From a virus (taxonomy: Duplodnaviria; Caudoviricetes), in the IMG/VR virus record IMGVR_UViG_3300028591_000014, positions 38,957-102,956 of that record: 64,000 bases of DNA; one strand, written 5' to 3'. Below, piece by piece: positions 39,532 to 49,792 of the stretch; the first letter of the stretch is position 1, and each line of letters starts with the position of its first letter. Below the pieces are notes generated by a model that worked only from the letters and a program-made list of their open reading frames with translations, searched no databases and was not told the DNA's origin. A program made the translations under genes and the position numbers.

Positions 39532-41595
39532 TTAAAAACTGAATAAAGGTACGTCGTCTTGTACCGTATCGTCATTAGTATTAAACCATTTATCTCCGAA
39601 CAATGGAAGATCAAATAGTTCTACTTGTTTGTTTTCTTCTTTTGCAGCTGACACTTTTATCTAGAATAACTCTTCTCTGTATATCATTACCATACACAGT
39701 GCTATCAATCTATCTACGTTTTTAACACCATCGTTTTCAATAAGCTCTTCTATAAGTGGTTCGCTGTATACTCTTTCCACATTAGGGTGTCCAGGCTCAT
39801 ATTCTTCTGTAAGCCATTCAAGGATAAGTCCTTCTCCATACGCCCTAATCTGTTTTGTCATATGGCAGCCTTTTCGGCGCTGCACTTTACTGTCTTTAAA
39901 GACTTCCGTAATAATCTTATCTGGTTGATCAGCCAGAAGGTAGTCACAATGTTTGTTTGTGAAGTAAGGGTAAATACCCTTACGTTCATTCTCAAACAAA
40001 AGTCGTGCATTATAAAATGTCAGTAGTTTTCGCACGTTTTCATAGTACTCTTCAGCTGTATTTGGTCGTCCTGTATATTCTGCTACAATCACGTCGTTCC
40101 ATGCTTCTCCTGCTCTAACGCGTTTAAAAATGAACGTTGATCCTAAGGAGTTAGTGAATGACTCGTCGTGATCATACGGGTCACAGCCGCCAATGTATAA
40201 TCCGAAGGGTGGGTCTGGGATTGGGTATTCCCAGATAACTACTGATCCTTCTGGTTTGTCATCGTTTTTAAGTGGATATTTTGTTATATCTCCTGTTTTC
40301 TTTTCGGTAGCTTTGACCATACCGTTACCATCCCAACTAAGATCTACTATATGCTTCATATTCTTAATCTTAGTGTTCGTACGTATTCTGGTAAGCTAAT
40401 CCATTAATAATTTTCTTGGGAATATATTCTTTCCAAGCTCTAAGCAAGCTTCTGCTGGTTTAATAGGTCTTTCTGATATAAACCTATCTATAGACTGCTA
40501 TGTAGCCCCTCCGTCTTTTACTTTATTGCGTTGGGCTATAAGTTCTTCAATAGCTTTATCTTTTATGCTATTTCCGTCAGCATCCATATATGCAGGGTTA
40601 CCATTCTCATCATCACCCTCCATGTTCCAATATGCAGGAGCAAAGAAACCGCATTTAGTATTCTCTGCACCGTCATCCCATATGTTAGGAAAGCCTAGTA
40701 TATTGAATGCGTCTGGGTTGTAGAACATATTCTTTAGACCATCAAAAGCACCTCCTTCAGTACCACCTGTACCAAATGCTATAAGTAGTCCAAATGCTTT
40801 ACCATCGTCTGTTTCTACGGCAGGTTGTTCTACTCGCCACGCTGTTTCTAGATTAGGGAATTTACCGCCCTCCTCAAATAGTACTAGTTTACCACGAGTA
40901 CCACGAAGACGTTCTGGGTCATTCTTTAGAGTAATGCCAGTTATAGCCGATAGATATCCCTATTCAGTTTCTTTACCAAACTCATCTTTTACTTTGAATC
41001 CAGAGACACGCTCCATCCTAGTTGAAGTAAGTCGCTACTTTGACCAGTCTGTATTCTTGTCTATGAAGTCCATTATCTACCAGGCTTTGGTGAGTATCCC
41101 ATCGCCTACCAGAAACTTTTGCTCAGACGCTACAGCGAAATTCTTTGATCCTGGGATGAGTTCATAGTTTCTAACTAACATGCTAGCCCCTTTAAAGGAA
41201 TAACCTCTTTGTCTGCACTTAAGGACCGCCATGTGTTTTCCTTCATCTTCTGCTTGTTCTATAGCATGGAAATAATAATAGTCTGAATCCCAGAACCTCG
41301 GGAAGCCAAATATACGCTCTCTTCTAGTACGCTTGTTTCCGTATCTATCTGTATATTCAACTTCGTCGAGTTTCATTATGGGACAATAGTTTAAATAGAA
41401 ATAATGGTAGCCTGTAATAGCATCTCCGTCATCGGCTACATATCCATTAAGACATCTATCTGTCTCTCTGTCCCAATAAGCATTGTAGTCTGTAGTTCCC
41501 TTCGGAGCTAACGTATAACATCCATGCTCCTTGAAGAATATAGCAGCCTAACAGAATTTTTTAGAATTGTATATCTTTTTATTAAAGTCTACCAT
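39532..41595 (-). CDS. terL: Terminase large subunit (~687 aa)
   Basis: ITGYHYFYLNY, LKCRQRGYSFK (Walker A region), LVLFEEGGKF (Walker B), FGTGG, YIGGCDPYDHD and NVDR nuclease motifs, all in one frame with TAG read-through. Confidence 0.92.
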
Positions 41596-41682
41596 ATATT
41601 ATAATAATTATTCACGGGCGTAACAGTCAATTATAGACTGCAATATACCATCTGTCTTTAAGTGTTTTTGTTGTTATACAAG

Positions 41683-42615
41683 TTACTGAACAGGACGAAT
41701 GGCATAACCAAAGTAGCGACCGCAATCGGAGCCGTCACTAGACATATAGATGCCGGAAGGCGTGAAGTACAAGTTAAAAGCATAATCACCATAGTCAAGG
41801 GACGACGACCAGTAGTTTCCAATTTCAAGATCATACTAAATCGACGAACCATAACCTTGGCCGGTGAGAGGTAAGAACAGTGTATTTCCGTTACGCACAG
41901 AAGTGAATAAGTATCCGTTGCTACCATTAACTGTAGTCCATTCCTTTGTACAGTTGGACGAATCAAGTAGTTCTTCAAAGTCGGCTTTGGTTGGCATTCT
42001 CCAAGGAGAACCGAGTGCAGCAACGGCAGCATCATAAGTAGCATTAGCCGGAATGTCACCAGTAAGAGCGGCACCCGTTGTCTGTTTGTACTAATCTGTG
42101 GTGCCATTCGGTATACCTTCACCCCACTCGTAACCTTCAGAATAAACATGTCCTCGCACATTACCCCAAGAATAATACAATCCGCTAAGTTCTGGGAAAT
42201 TTGAACCAAGGTTCATAGAACGCCATTTACGACCAGATGGAAGAGCGAGGTCGATAACAGTCGGGTCAGTTGCCTCCTTAAATTTGGCAACCAGCGTCCT
42301 TGCACCACTAACGGTAAACGTATACGAAGCGTTTTCAGAAACCTTAGTCTCACCCTCGTACCAGCCGTCAAACTCAGGATATTCGCTCTCAGAATCAGGA
42401 GTAGCAACAACAGTTACACTAGAACCTTTAAAGAATATACCATCTCCAGATACAGCACCAATAGATTCTGGGAATGTGGTAAGTGTGATGGTAGCAGGCT
42501 CTTCATGTCCACCGTTTACAACATTTCCACCAAATGTGTGTGTTACTCCATAACCATTATTTGTATCTAATTTATTATAAGGACTAGATACGAGTCCTCC
42601 ATATACCTTACTCAT
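41683..42615 (-). CDS. Ig-like (InlB B-repeat type) + CLec-fold (DUF1566/Fib_succ-like) adhesin, possible DGR target (310 aa, 2 TAG)
   Basis: EFDGWYEG...SYTFTV...TLVAKF; IDLALPSGRKWRSMNLG...GLYYSWG; PWRMPTKADFEEL; GNYWSSS...RYFGYAIRPVQ*. Confidence 0.75.
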
Positions 42616-44773
42616 TGTTATTTCCCTTTAGTTCTGCAATCTGTTGTTTAAGCTGAGCTATCTCCTCTTTAAGAGATACAACTTCTTTAGCTATAGTAAT
42701 AGCTGATACAAGAGCAGCAGAAGAATAATCCATAAACATAGTATCATTCTTCTCTGTGATTACCTCAGGCATTACGGTCTGCCAGTATTGTGCAGATGTA
42801 CCTACATGAGGAGTCTTATTAGCATCTTTCTTCCATGTAAACTGTATAGATGGAGCATCAGCAATCTGATCTACTGTAAGAGTAGTATCTGCTATAACAT
42901 CTTTCTTTGTTATATCAGAACCTTGACTTGTTCCGTTACCGCTGATTACCTATCCCTCAAATGTAGCATCGCCGTTTTGGAAATTTATATTTACAGTATC
43001 AGAATGAGAGTCTCCTGCTGCAAGTTCGTCAAACGTCATTTCCGATCCAAGTCCTGCAGATCTACTTCCAAAAGAAATAGACGTGGACGCGCTGTCGATA
43101 ATAAGATTATTATTAGAATCTACAATCTTAGCTCCACTATTGAGAGTAATGTCTCCGGTTATAGAACCTCCATTCCACGAAGAAGAACCTCCTCCAAGCG
43201 AAGAAAGGGCTGCTGTACCTCCTCCAGCAAGGAGTACATATGAATCGCTGCTGCCTGGAACTTCAAATCCACTAGCAGATATAGACCCACTAGCAGATAT
43301 AGATCCGTCAAAAGTGTCTAATACTATCTCTTCTTCTGTGCTCCAAGTAGACATAGACACCTTGTCAAGAATCAGCTTTGGACTAAAATAACCAACATTG
43401 GATATATCTGTATTAAGCCTCCATATCTCTGTAGTAGCATTACCATGCGTTGCTTCGCGACAGATATCATTAGAACTATTACCTAGTACCACATTGCTGG
43501 TCATGTCGTTATTATAGATTTCTCCATTCACAATAGTAGCGCGAAGAAGCCCACCATCACCTCTTAAATATGATGTTTTTCCATTGCCTATCAATTCCAT
43601 GTACGGACCATGATATGCGTTTGTATCATCAAATCTGAGTTCAAATTTTATATCATTTGAATTTAGATCTCCGTTGGAATCAAATTGTCCACCAAACAGT
43701 GCTGTACCAGTACCTCCGCCAAGGTTTCCTGGGGCAAATGTAAAGCCAAAATGATTTGCAGCACCAAACTTAATAGCACTTGCACGAAGACTGTTTATCA
43801 ATCCATTAATGTCTATATTATCAGCAGAAATGACAACGTTAGATTCTATATGGTTGCTAGCATCTTTTCTTACAATAGTATCTATCAATGCAATTTCGTC
43901 GTCGATCATACTACTAAGGGAATTCTTGGCGACCCAATTTCCATTTCCGTCTTGTTCTACAAGAGCGTTTAATCCAGCATATGCTTGTGACAATTTTGTC
44001 TGTCCATCTTCTGCATATTCCTATGCCGCAGCAAACAGATCTACAACACCCTATTCGTCAGATGCTTCGTTAGATATACCAGTAGAAACCCATTTGAGTC
44101 TTGCTAAATCCCCATTACTAAGTTGCAAGAACTTACCCCAAGTAGAAGAAAGTCCAGATGATGCAGCATTATCGTTTATATACGCGTACACATTGGATGC
44201 AAGAAGTTCATAATCAACCTGTCCGCCTATCTGCTGATTTGATTTAATCTAATTTACTTCAAGCTCAATAGAATCCACATCCTGTGCGATAGAGCTCCAT
44301 GCCCAAGTTCTTTTATTACCGCTCACAGTATAAAGACCAATGCGCTGCAGATAAGCATCTACATCTTCATCCCCAAAGTTACTGTCAGACTGTATCTTAT
44401 CTATTACGTTTGTATCAAGCCAATTCTTATCGTTGAAGAGCTGATTCATCTTGTTTATAATGGACTGATCCATATTAGCAAGAAGCTGATTGATTCTATC
44501 ACGCTCAGCATCAATAAGAGCTCTAATAGCAGAATCATCATAGTCTGAACCGTTGTTTATGATAGTAGGATCCTGCTGAAGAATCTGTGTAATATACTCC
44601 TTCATGTCTTCAATAGACATAGATCCGTACCGAACACCTCCCTTATAGATTGCTTTCTGCGAAGGAGAGAAAACAATAGTACGACTAGATACTCCATTCT
44701 CACTGTCGAGACCGTTTCTATAAGCCTGCTCATCAAATGAATCAGGAGCAAAATAAAATATAGTATTTATCAT
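42608..44773 (-). CDS. Tail fibre with C-terminal peptidase S74 intramolecular chaperone (~721 aa)
   Basis: Fragments 44249 and 42950 are co-frame. C-terminus GSDITKK...FTWK...HVGTSAQYWQTVMPEVI...MDYS followed by coiled coil. Confidence 0.8.
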
Positions 44774-44785
44774 AATTTAATATTT

Positions 44786-45304
44786 TTACCTAGGTATTTC
44801 ATATCTTCCAATTATACCACCACCTTTAACTCTACCAGCGTCTACCTGTTCAGCTCTAGCTTGTTTCATGGCTATATCCAAAGACTTGACAATATTGCCT
44901 ACATCTTTTAATATACGCGTAACCTTTATTGCTGTATCAATATCCATCAAGCCGCTAGAATAATCATTTAAGGCCGATATAAGACCTTCTGCCGCTGTCT
45001 ATGATGCTGAAAGAAGTCTAGTGCCAGGTGTCTCCTAAAACTCGACGAACCGCTTTTCTAGCTCTTTTACATCGTCTGTGGGTATATATTTTTCATCTCC
45101 AAATACATCTTTGGCTACAGTAGAAGCCCTTGTTTCTAAAGGATATGCTTCATATGGAGTATTCCATTTGTGTAACCATATAACATATTCTATCTCCTTC
45201 AATGCTGAGGACTTATCCTTAGCACGATTATAGTGCTCCCTAAACGGGGGTATAGCTAAATCCTCAGTATTGAGAGATATATTACCGCCTTTTATGTCAA
45301 ACAT
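44786..45304 (-). CDS. Conserved crAss-like protein (172 aa, 2 TAG), possible terminase small subunit
   Basis: MFDIKGG...LAIPPF...ETPGTRLL...RVKGGGIIGRYE; small-terminase role is inferred only from size and position upstream of terL. Confidence 0.5.
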
Positions 45305-45310
45305 ATTATG

Positions 45311-45709
45311 TCATTTAACATACATTCTCAGTATCTTTTCAAGCATCTAATACATTCTATGTACTAAATGCCCTATAAGGTACGCAGCTTCTTCAGAATC
45401 TTCTTGTATATTGTAATACTAACATATATGAGATTGCACATGCTTAGCTTCATGGATTGTTGTATTTACAAACTGTCCTATGCTTGTAGCCTCACTTATG
45501 CATACAACGCTCATTTTGTACTCAGTATTGCTAAATGTAAATCCTGTATTCTTCTTACGCAGAACCCTTAAGGCTTTCTTCAAATCTTTTTCAGTACAAT
45601 CTAACTACCTTAAAGAGTCTGCTATTTCTACAAAGTCGTACTTATCTACATTATAGTATACAAGAACATTCCAATCTCTATCCCCTAGTTGTATATACTA
45701 TGCTGTCAT
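45311..45709 (-). CDS. Small HExxH metallopeptidase-like protein (132 aa, 4 TAG); absent from ORF track
   Basis: NTGFTFSN...NTTIHEAKHVQSHIC*YY...SEEAAYLIG. Confidence 0.7.
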
Positions 45710-46086
45710 ACGAATTCAGACCAGTCAACAGGAATGTGCATACCTTCGACATCAGATAACCATCTATTGAATGGCTACCCATCATATCCATCAGGATCGT
45801 CAATTGTTTTCTTGACGTACATACAGAGATTGTAATCGTTATTAGGAACAGCATCTCCAAGATAGTCTGCTTTGCACATATTGGCAACATAGACCGCATC
45901 ATAGAGTTTATTATACTTTAGTACAATATTTTGCTGTTTTAATTTGTCTTCTAACTCTTTCTTGGTTATGGGTGTTACAGCACCTTTGTCGCTGTGCATA
46001 AGGCCTACTGCAAAATCACATAACTCTTTCGTGAAGTGAGGACCGTACAGTCTCTGGTATTTAATATAATGTTTAGTTGTTCTCAT
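45706..46086 (-). CDS. Uncharacterised cassette protein (126 aa, 1 TAG)
   Basis: Probable start MRTTKHY at 46086; YGPHFTKELCDFAV...YDAVYVANMCKADY...DDPDGYDG*PFNRW. Confidence 0.65.
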
Positions 46087-46582
46087 TTGTACCATTCCTA
46101 AGTAATAATGATTCCAACCTTCTAAGAGTGGTTTGCATACTGCCCATCTACTAAGTAAGACTATCGAGTCTAGAATCCCTTTCTTGCTCTTTAGCATATA
46201 CAGGATTAAGGTCCCCAAGAATCTTTTCATATGATGCTATATTAGACTTGTGTTTATCTACACTGTCTAATATATCTTTACTCTGCTGCAATAAAGAATC
46301 TACTTCAGAAATCATAGCTTCTTTATTTTCGCTTAATGTATAATCCCCATAAGTATGAATAGAGAGTGAACTCGGTACGCAAAACTGTTTACTTTCATTA
46401 CCTATACGCACATCCAAATCTACTACAGTCTGCATGTTAGTACCAATACTAGCTGCAGGATTATAAGTAGGATACATGGGACGTGGCATTGTTACATTTT
46501 CAATATACCCAGTTTTAACTTCTGGGTCGCTAGTCCTATCTAGTATATAGATAGTAGCTCCTTTTCTTAATGTTGAAAACAT
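46073..46582 (-). CDS. Uncharacterised cassette protein (169 aa, tandem TAG TAG)
   Basis: MFSTLRKGATIYILD...; coiled-coil C-terminus continues through two TAGs to TAA 46073. Confidence 0.7.
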
Positions 46583-46635
46583 AGTTAATTAAATTAAAGT
46601 GCAGTAGGGGAGAACTAGCTCCCCTAATACACATA

Positions 46636-46953
46636 TCATACAAAACGTCCCATGCGATTACGACGTGTACGCATACCAGAACGACGATTCATGGTTCTAT
46701 ACTCCATATCGTCATCATCTTCACGTACGCCATAATGTTCGTCATGGCGATAACCTCTGCGACCGCGAAACTCCATATCAGAGTCCTCGTACTCAGAGTC
46801 TTCATGTTCATCTTTAGATGCTTCATAGCAATCGTAGATTGCATCTTCTAATTCGCACAGCGTCAGCTTTGTTTTCTTAGCGCTGTGCTTTGCTTCTTCA
46901 AGAAGCTCGAATGCTGTATCATAAGCAGCATCACGCATTTCAATAACTACCAT
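46636..46953 (-). CDS. Uncharacterised acidic/Arg-rich cassette protein (105 aa)
   Basis: Intact ORF ending RRNRMGRFV. Confidence 0.7.
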   Translation of the reverse strand: MVVIEMRDAAYDTAFELLEEAKHSAKKTKLTLCELEDAIYDCYEASKDEHEDSEYEDSDMEFRGRRGYRHDEHYGVREDDDDMEYRTMNRRSGMRTRRNRMGRFV

Positions 46954-46977
46954 AATTCAATAAGTCTAATGTTAATA

Positions 46978-47334
46978 TTATGCTGGAATCTGAGTAGTGA
47001 GCAATTGCATCAGGTTAGCATCCTTATCGTAGTATATCATGTATACTCCTGTACCAAGAATCTAAGCTGCTGTAATAGCTGCACCACCAACATTCGTAAG
47101 CGGTTGTGTAAAATCGTTTGATGAGAACAGTACAGGTAATGTGCCCGTAGTTCCATCGGGAATAGCCTGGCTGAGTCTAAGCAGTATAACACCCTTATCA
47201 TTAAGCCATCTAAATGCTCTATTGGGTATTGTTATTACTACATTAGTATCAGTAACATTTACAGAGTTTGTTTCGATTAGAGGTATTCCCCTTCTGTTAG
47301 AGAAGTTGAATGGGTAATTTGTAGAACCAAACAT
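46978..47334 (-). CDS. Uncharacterised cassette protein (118 aa, 1 TAG)
   Basis: MFGSTNYPFNFSNRRGIP...ITAA*ILGTGVYMIYYDKDANLMQLL. Confidence 0.7.
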
Positions 47335-47352
47335 ATCTACCTCCTTTCTTAA

Positions 47353-48228
47353 TCAATTCCAAAAGCTATTCTGTCCATAGATATTACCCCAATACGGAGT
47401 AGTATTCACAGCTGTAATATTAGGCCATTGAACAGGAACGGTATTAGGCTGAGCAGCCTTAATAGCGTCTATCTTGTTATCAAGTGCATTAAATGCGGCA
47501 TTGAACTGCAGTGTCTGATGGTCATTACTGATCTGATTTCTCATCTGAGTAATAATATCACCCTGCGTATTAATCTTGTTTTGCAGTTCGCGCTCCTTGA
47601 GATCACAGAACTCTTTGGTAATAAGTGTATTCTGATTACCAATAGCCGTAAGAATGGCGTTTGTATCACGCTCTGCCTGATTCTGCAGCGTATTAGTCTG
47701 CTGACATAATGCAAGCTGATCAGCTGCCTGATTAGCAGCCATCTGACTCTGCAGTGCGTTCGTCTGGTTTGCAATAGCCAAACGATTCTCGCAACAACAC
47801 TGACAGATCTGGCTAGCGATAGATGCATTACCACTCTGTATGGCGTTCTGAATCTGCAATCCGCTCATGCCCACCTGAGTACCTACAGAAGTAATAGCGT
47901 TGTTGAGTGTAAAGATACCATTCTGAACAGTGTTAACCTCAGTGTTTAAGAGATTAGCAAGATTCTGTATTGCGGTGCCGTTACCCTGTATGGCATTCAT
48001 CAGCAACTCACGACCAGAATCGTTAGCAATCTGGTTAGACAGGAAACCGCTGTTTCCATTTCCTCCCCAGTTACCATTGCCTCCCCAGCCCCAAATGAGC
48101 CAAAGGAACAGAATCCATATCCAGTTATTACCACCAAATCCACCGTTGTTGTTAAGAGCCATCAGCAGATTTGGATCAATGCTATTGCTCCCCATCTCAG
48201 GGAACATCATAATCTTAGAACTTTCCAT
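47353..48228 (-). CDS. Membrane-anchored Q/N-rich coiled-coil protein with QCCC motif (291 aa, no TAG)
   Basis: WIWILFLWLIWGWGG TM segment flanked by Gly/Asn tracts; ICQCCCENR; 29 Gln codons, none TAG. Confidence 0.8.
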   Translation of the reverse strand: MESSKIMMFPEMGSNSIDPNLLMALNNNGGFGGNNWIWILFLWLIWGWGGNGNWGGNGNSGFLSNQIANDSGRELLMNAIQGNGTAIQNLANLLNTEVNTVQNGIFTLNNAITSVGTQVGMSGLQIQNAIQSGNASIASQICQCCCENRLAIANQTNALQSQMAANQAADQLALCQQTNTLQNQAERDTNAILTAIGNQNTLITKEFCDLKERELQNKINTQGDIITQMRNQISNDHQTLQFNAAFNALDNKIDAIKAAQPNTVPVQWPNITAVNTTPYWGNIYGQNSFWN

Positions 48229-48313
48229 AATAATAAAAATGTTAATGTTAATAAAGTTAATTGTTAATAAAAAGACTCATTTACAGTTCTTAAGGGATGT
48301 AAATAAGTTCGTT

Positions 48314-48358
48314 GTTGTGCGAAGGGATTCGAACCCTTACATACCAACTATCGCACAA
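48314..48358 (-). ncRNA. Anticodon-less tRNA-like element A
   Basis: TTGTGCG-ATAGTTGGTATGT-AAGGG-TTCGAAT-CCCTT-CGCACAA-C: perfect 7-bp acceptor stem, D-loop consensus, canonical T arm. Confidence 0.7.
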
Positions 48359-48388
48359 TCCTCATTTTAGACAGTCGAGGTTCTGTTA

Positions 48389-49792
48389 TTACATGTATGC
48401 AGATATAAGTGTATCGGCTTTATTAGAAGAAGCCTCCCATGCTTCTTCGTCAGCTACTGTATATGGGAAATCTTCAAGAGCATGTGTGACACTGGAAAGC
48501 TCTCCCCAATATGTATCTGCTTGATATGTACTTATAGCAGATCTTGGAACCCATAAATTTAGAACTCTACTCTAATTAGCACGAGTTCCACTAACATCGA
48601 TGAGTTTGTCTTGTTTTTGCGAACTGTATGCAGTTACTGATGGAGGAGTTACATTGTTTATAATAAGATGTTTAATTCCACCTTCATTAGTACCACAAAA
48701 ACAACCAGTCTGTACTGTAGTTACATCTCTTAGATATACAATATCTTTATCCTATCTTGAATTTCCATAACCATTGGCACAAAAAGTACCATGACAGTTA
48801 TTACCTCCCTGATCAAATCCACCAACAAGACTTGTGAGTTTAGGAGCATATATATACTTAGAACCTCCACAAAAAGCACCCGTTGAATTTACAGAAGTAA
48901 GATTTGCGTAATTAAATACATTGGATACATTCTCACTATACGCAAATGGAATTCCGCCGTCGATCGTAGTTATATCATCCACGTTTATCTTACTCAGGGC
49001 TGTACAACCATAAAATGCACTTTTTTCTAATGTAGTCAAAGTACTTGGAAGCACAACTTCTGTAAGATGAGTACAGCCTTTAAATGCACTATCATATAAT
49101 GCAGTAATAGACCCCAAGTTACTAATCTTGGTTATACCAGAACCACTAAATATAGCCCATGATGTACTAGTTAATAATGGACAATTTATATCTATAGCCA
49201 AACTAGAACAGCCTCTGAAAGCGTTGTTTCCAATACTAGTCACGTTAGATAAACCATTTGGCCCAAGTGTTGTTAAATTTGTACAACTAACAAATGCTTG
49301 TTGACCTATCGTTGTAATACTGCTAGGAAGATATATAGACGTCAGATTAGTACATCCTTCGTATGACTTATTATCGACATTGGTTATTGTAGTAAGAGAT
49401 GTAAAATACTGAAGTTCATTGAAACTAGTGATTGTGGTATTGTTTTTAAATGCAGGAGCAGTCGCAAATGTAACTGCAGCAGCATCTGTTTCTTTAACAC
49501 CTATTCCATCGCTAGAACATGCAGCAATACATACTCTTTCTACTTCAGGATCTGCAAAATGTATATAATATGCACCAACGCTTATATCCAAATCAGAGAA
49601 CGCATTTGTTAGATATTCTACTTGATATCTATACGATGTAGGTACAGATAGGTAACCGGACAGATTACTACTCGAATCTAATGTACCAGAGTAAGCCAAT
49701 TCATACAACTTCTGTATGACACTGGAACTTACTGTCTCTCTAGTCTAATATTGCCTATAGGACTGAGCCTATTCTATTTTTAAGTGTGTCAT
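48389..49792 (-). CDS. BspA-type leucine-rich repeat (LRR_5) protein (~467 aa)
   Basis: HFADPEVERVC...SFNELQYFTSLT, repeated LP..TTIG..AF..C..L; ATG 49792, TAA 48389. Confidence 0.85.

Noticed and set aside
39532-41595. Intron or intein in terL
   Set aside because: One continuous frame with ordinary motif spacing once TAG is read through.
41658-42410. Alternative-frame ORFs 41658..42209 and 42213..42410
   Set aside because: They overlap the read-through adhesin gene, whose frame carries the recognisable motifs.
45775-46230. Start at 46230 given in the ORF track
   Set aside because: It would overlap the upstream gene extensively; ATG 46086 overlaps the upstream stop region and fits better.
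48314-48358. attP-type tRNA 3' fragment
   Set aside because: It has its own complementary 5' acceptor strand and D-like loop, and no integrase is seen in the window; not fully excluded without host comparison.
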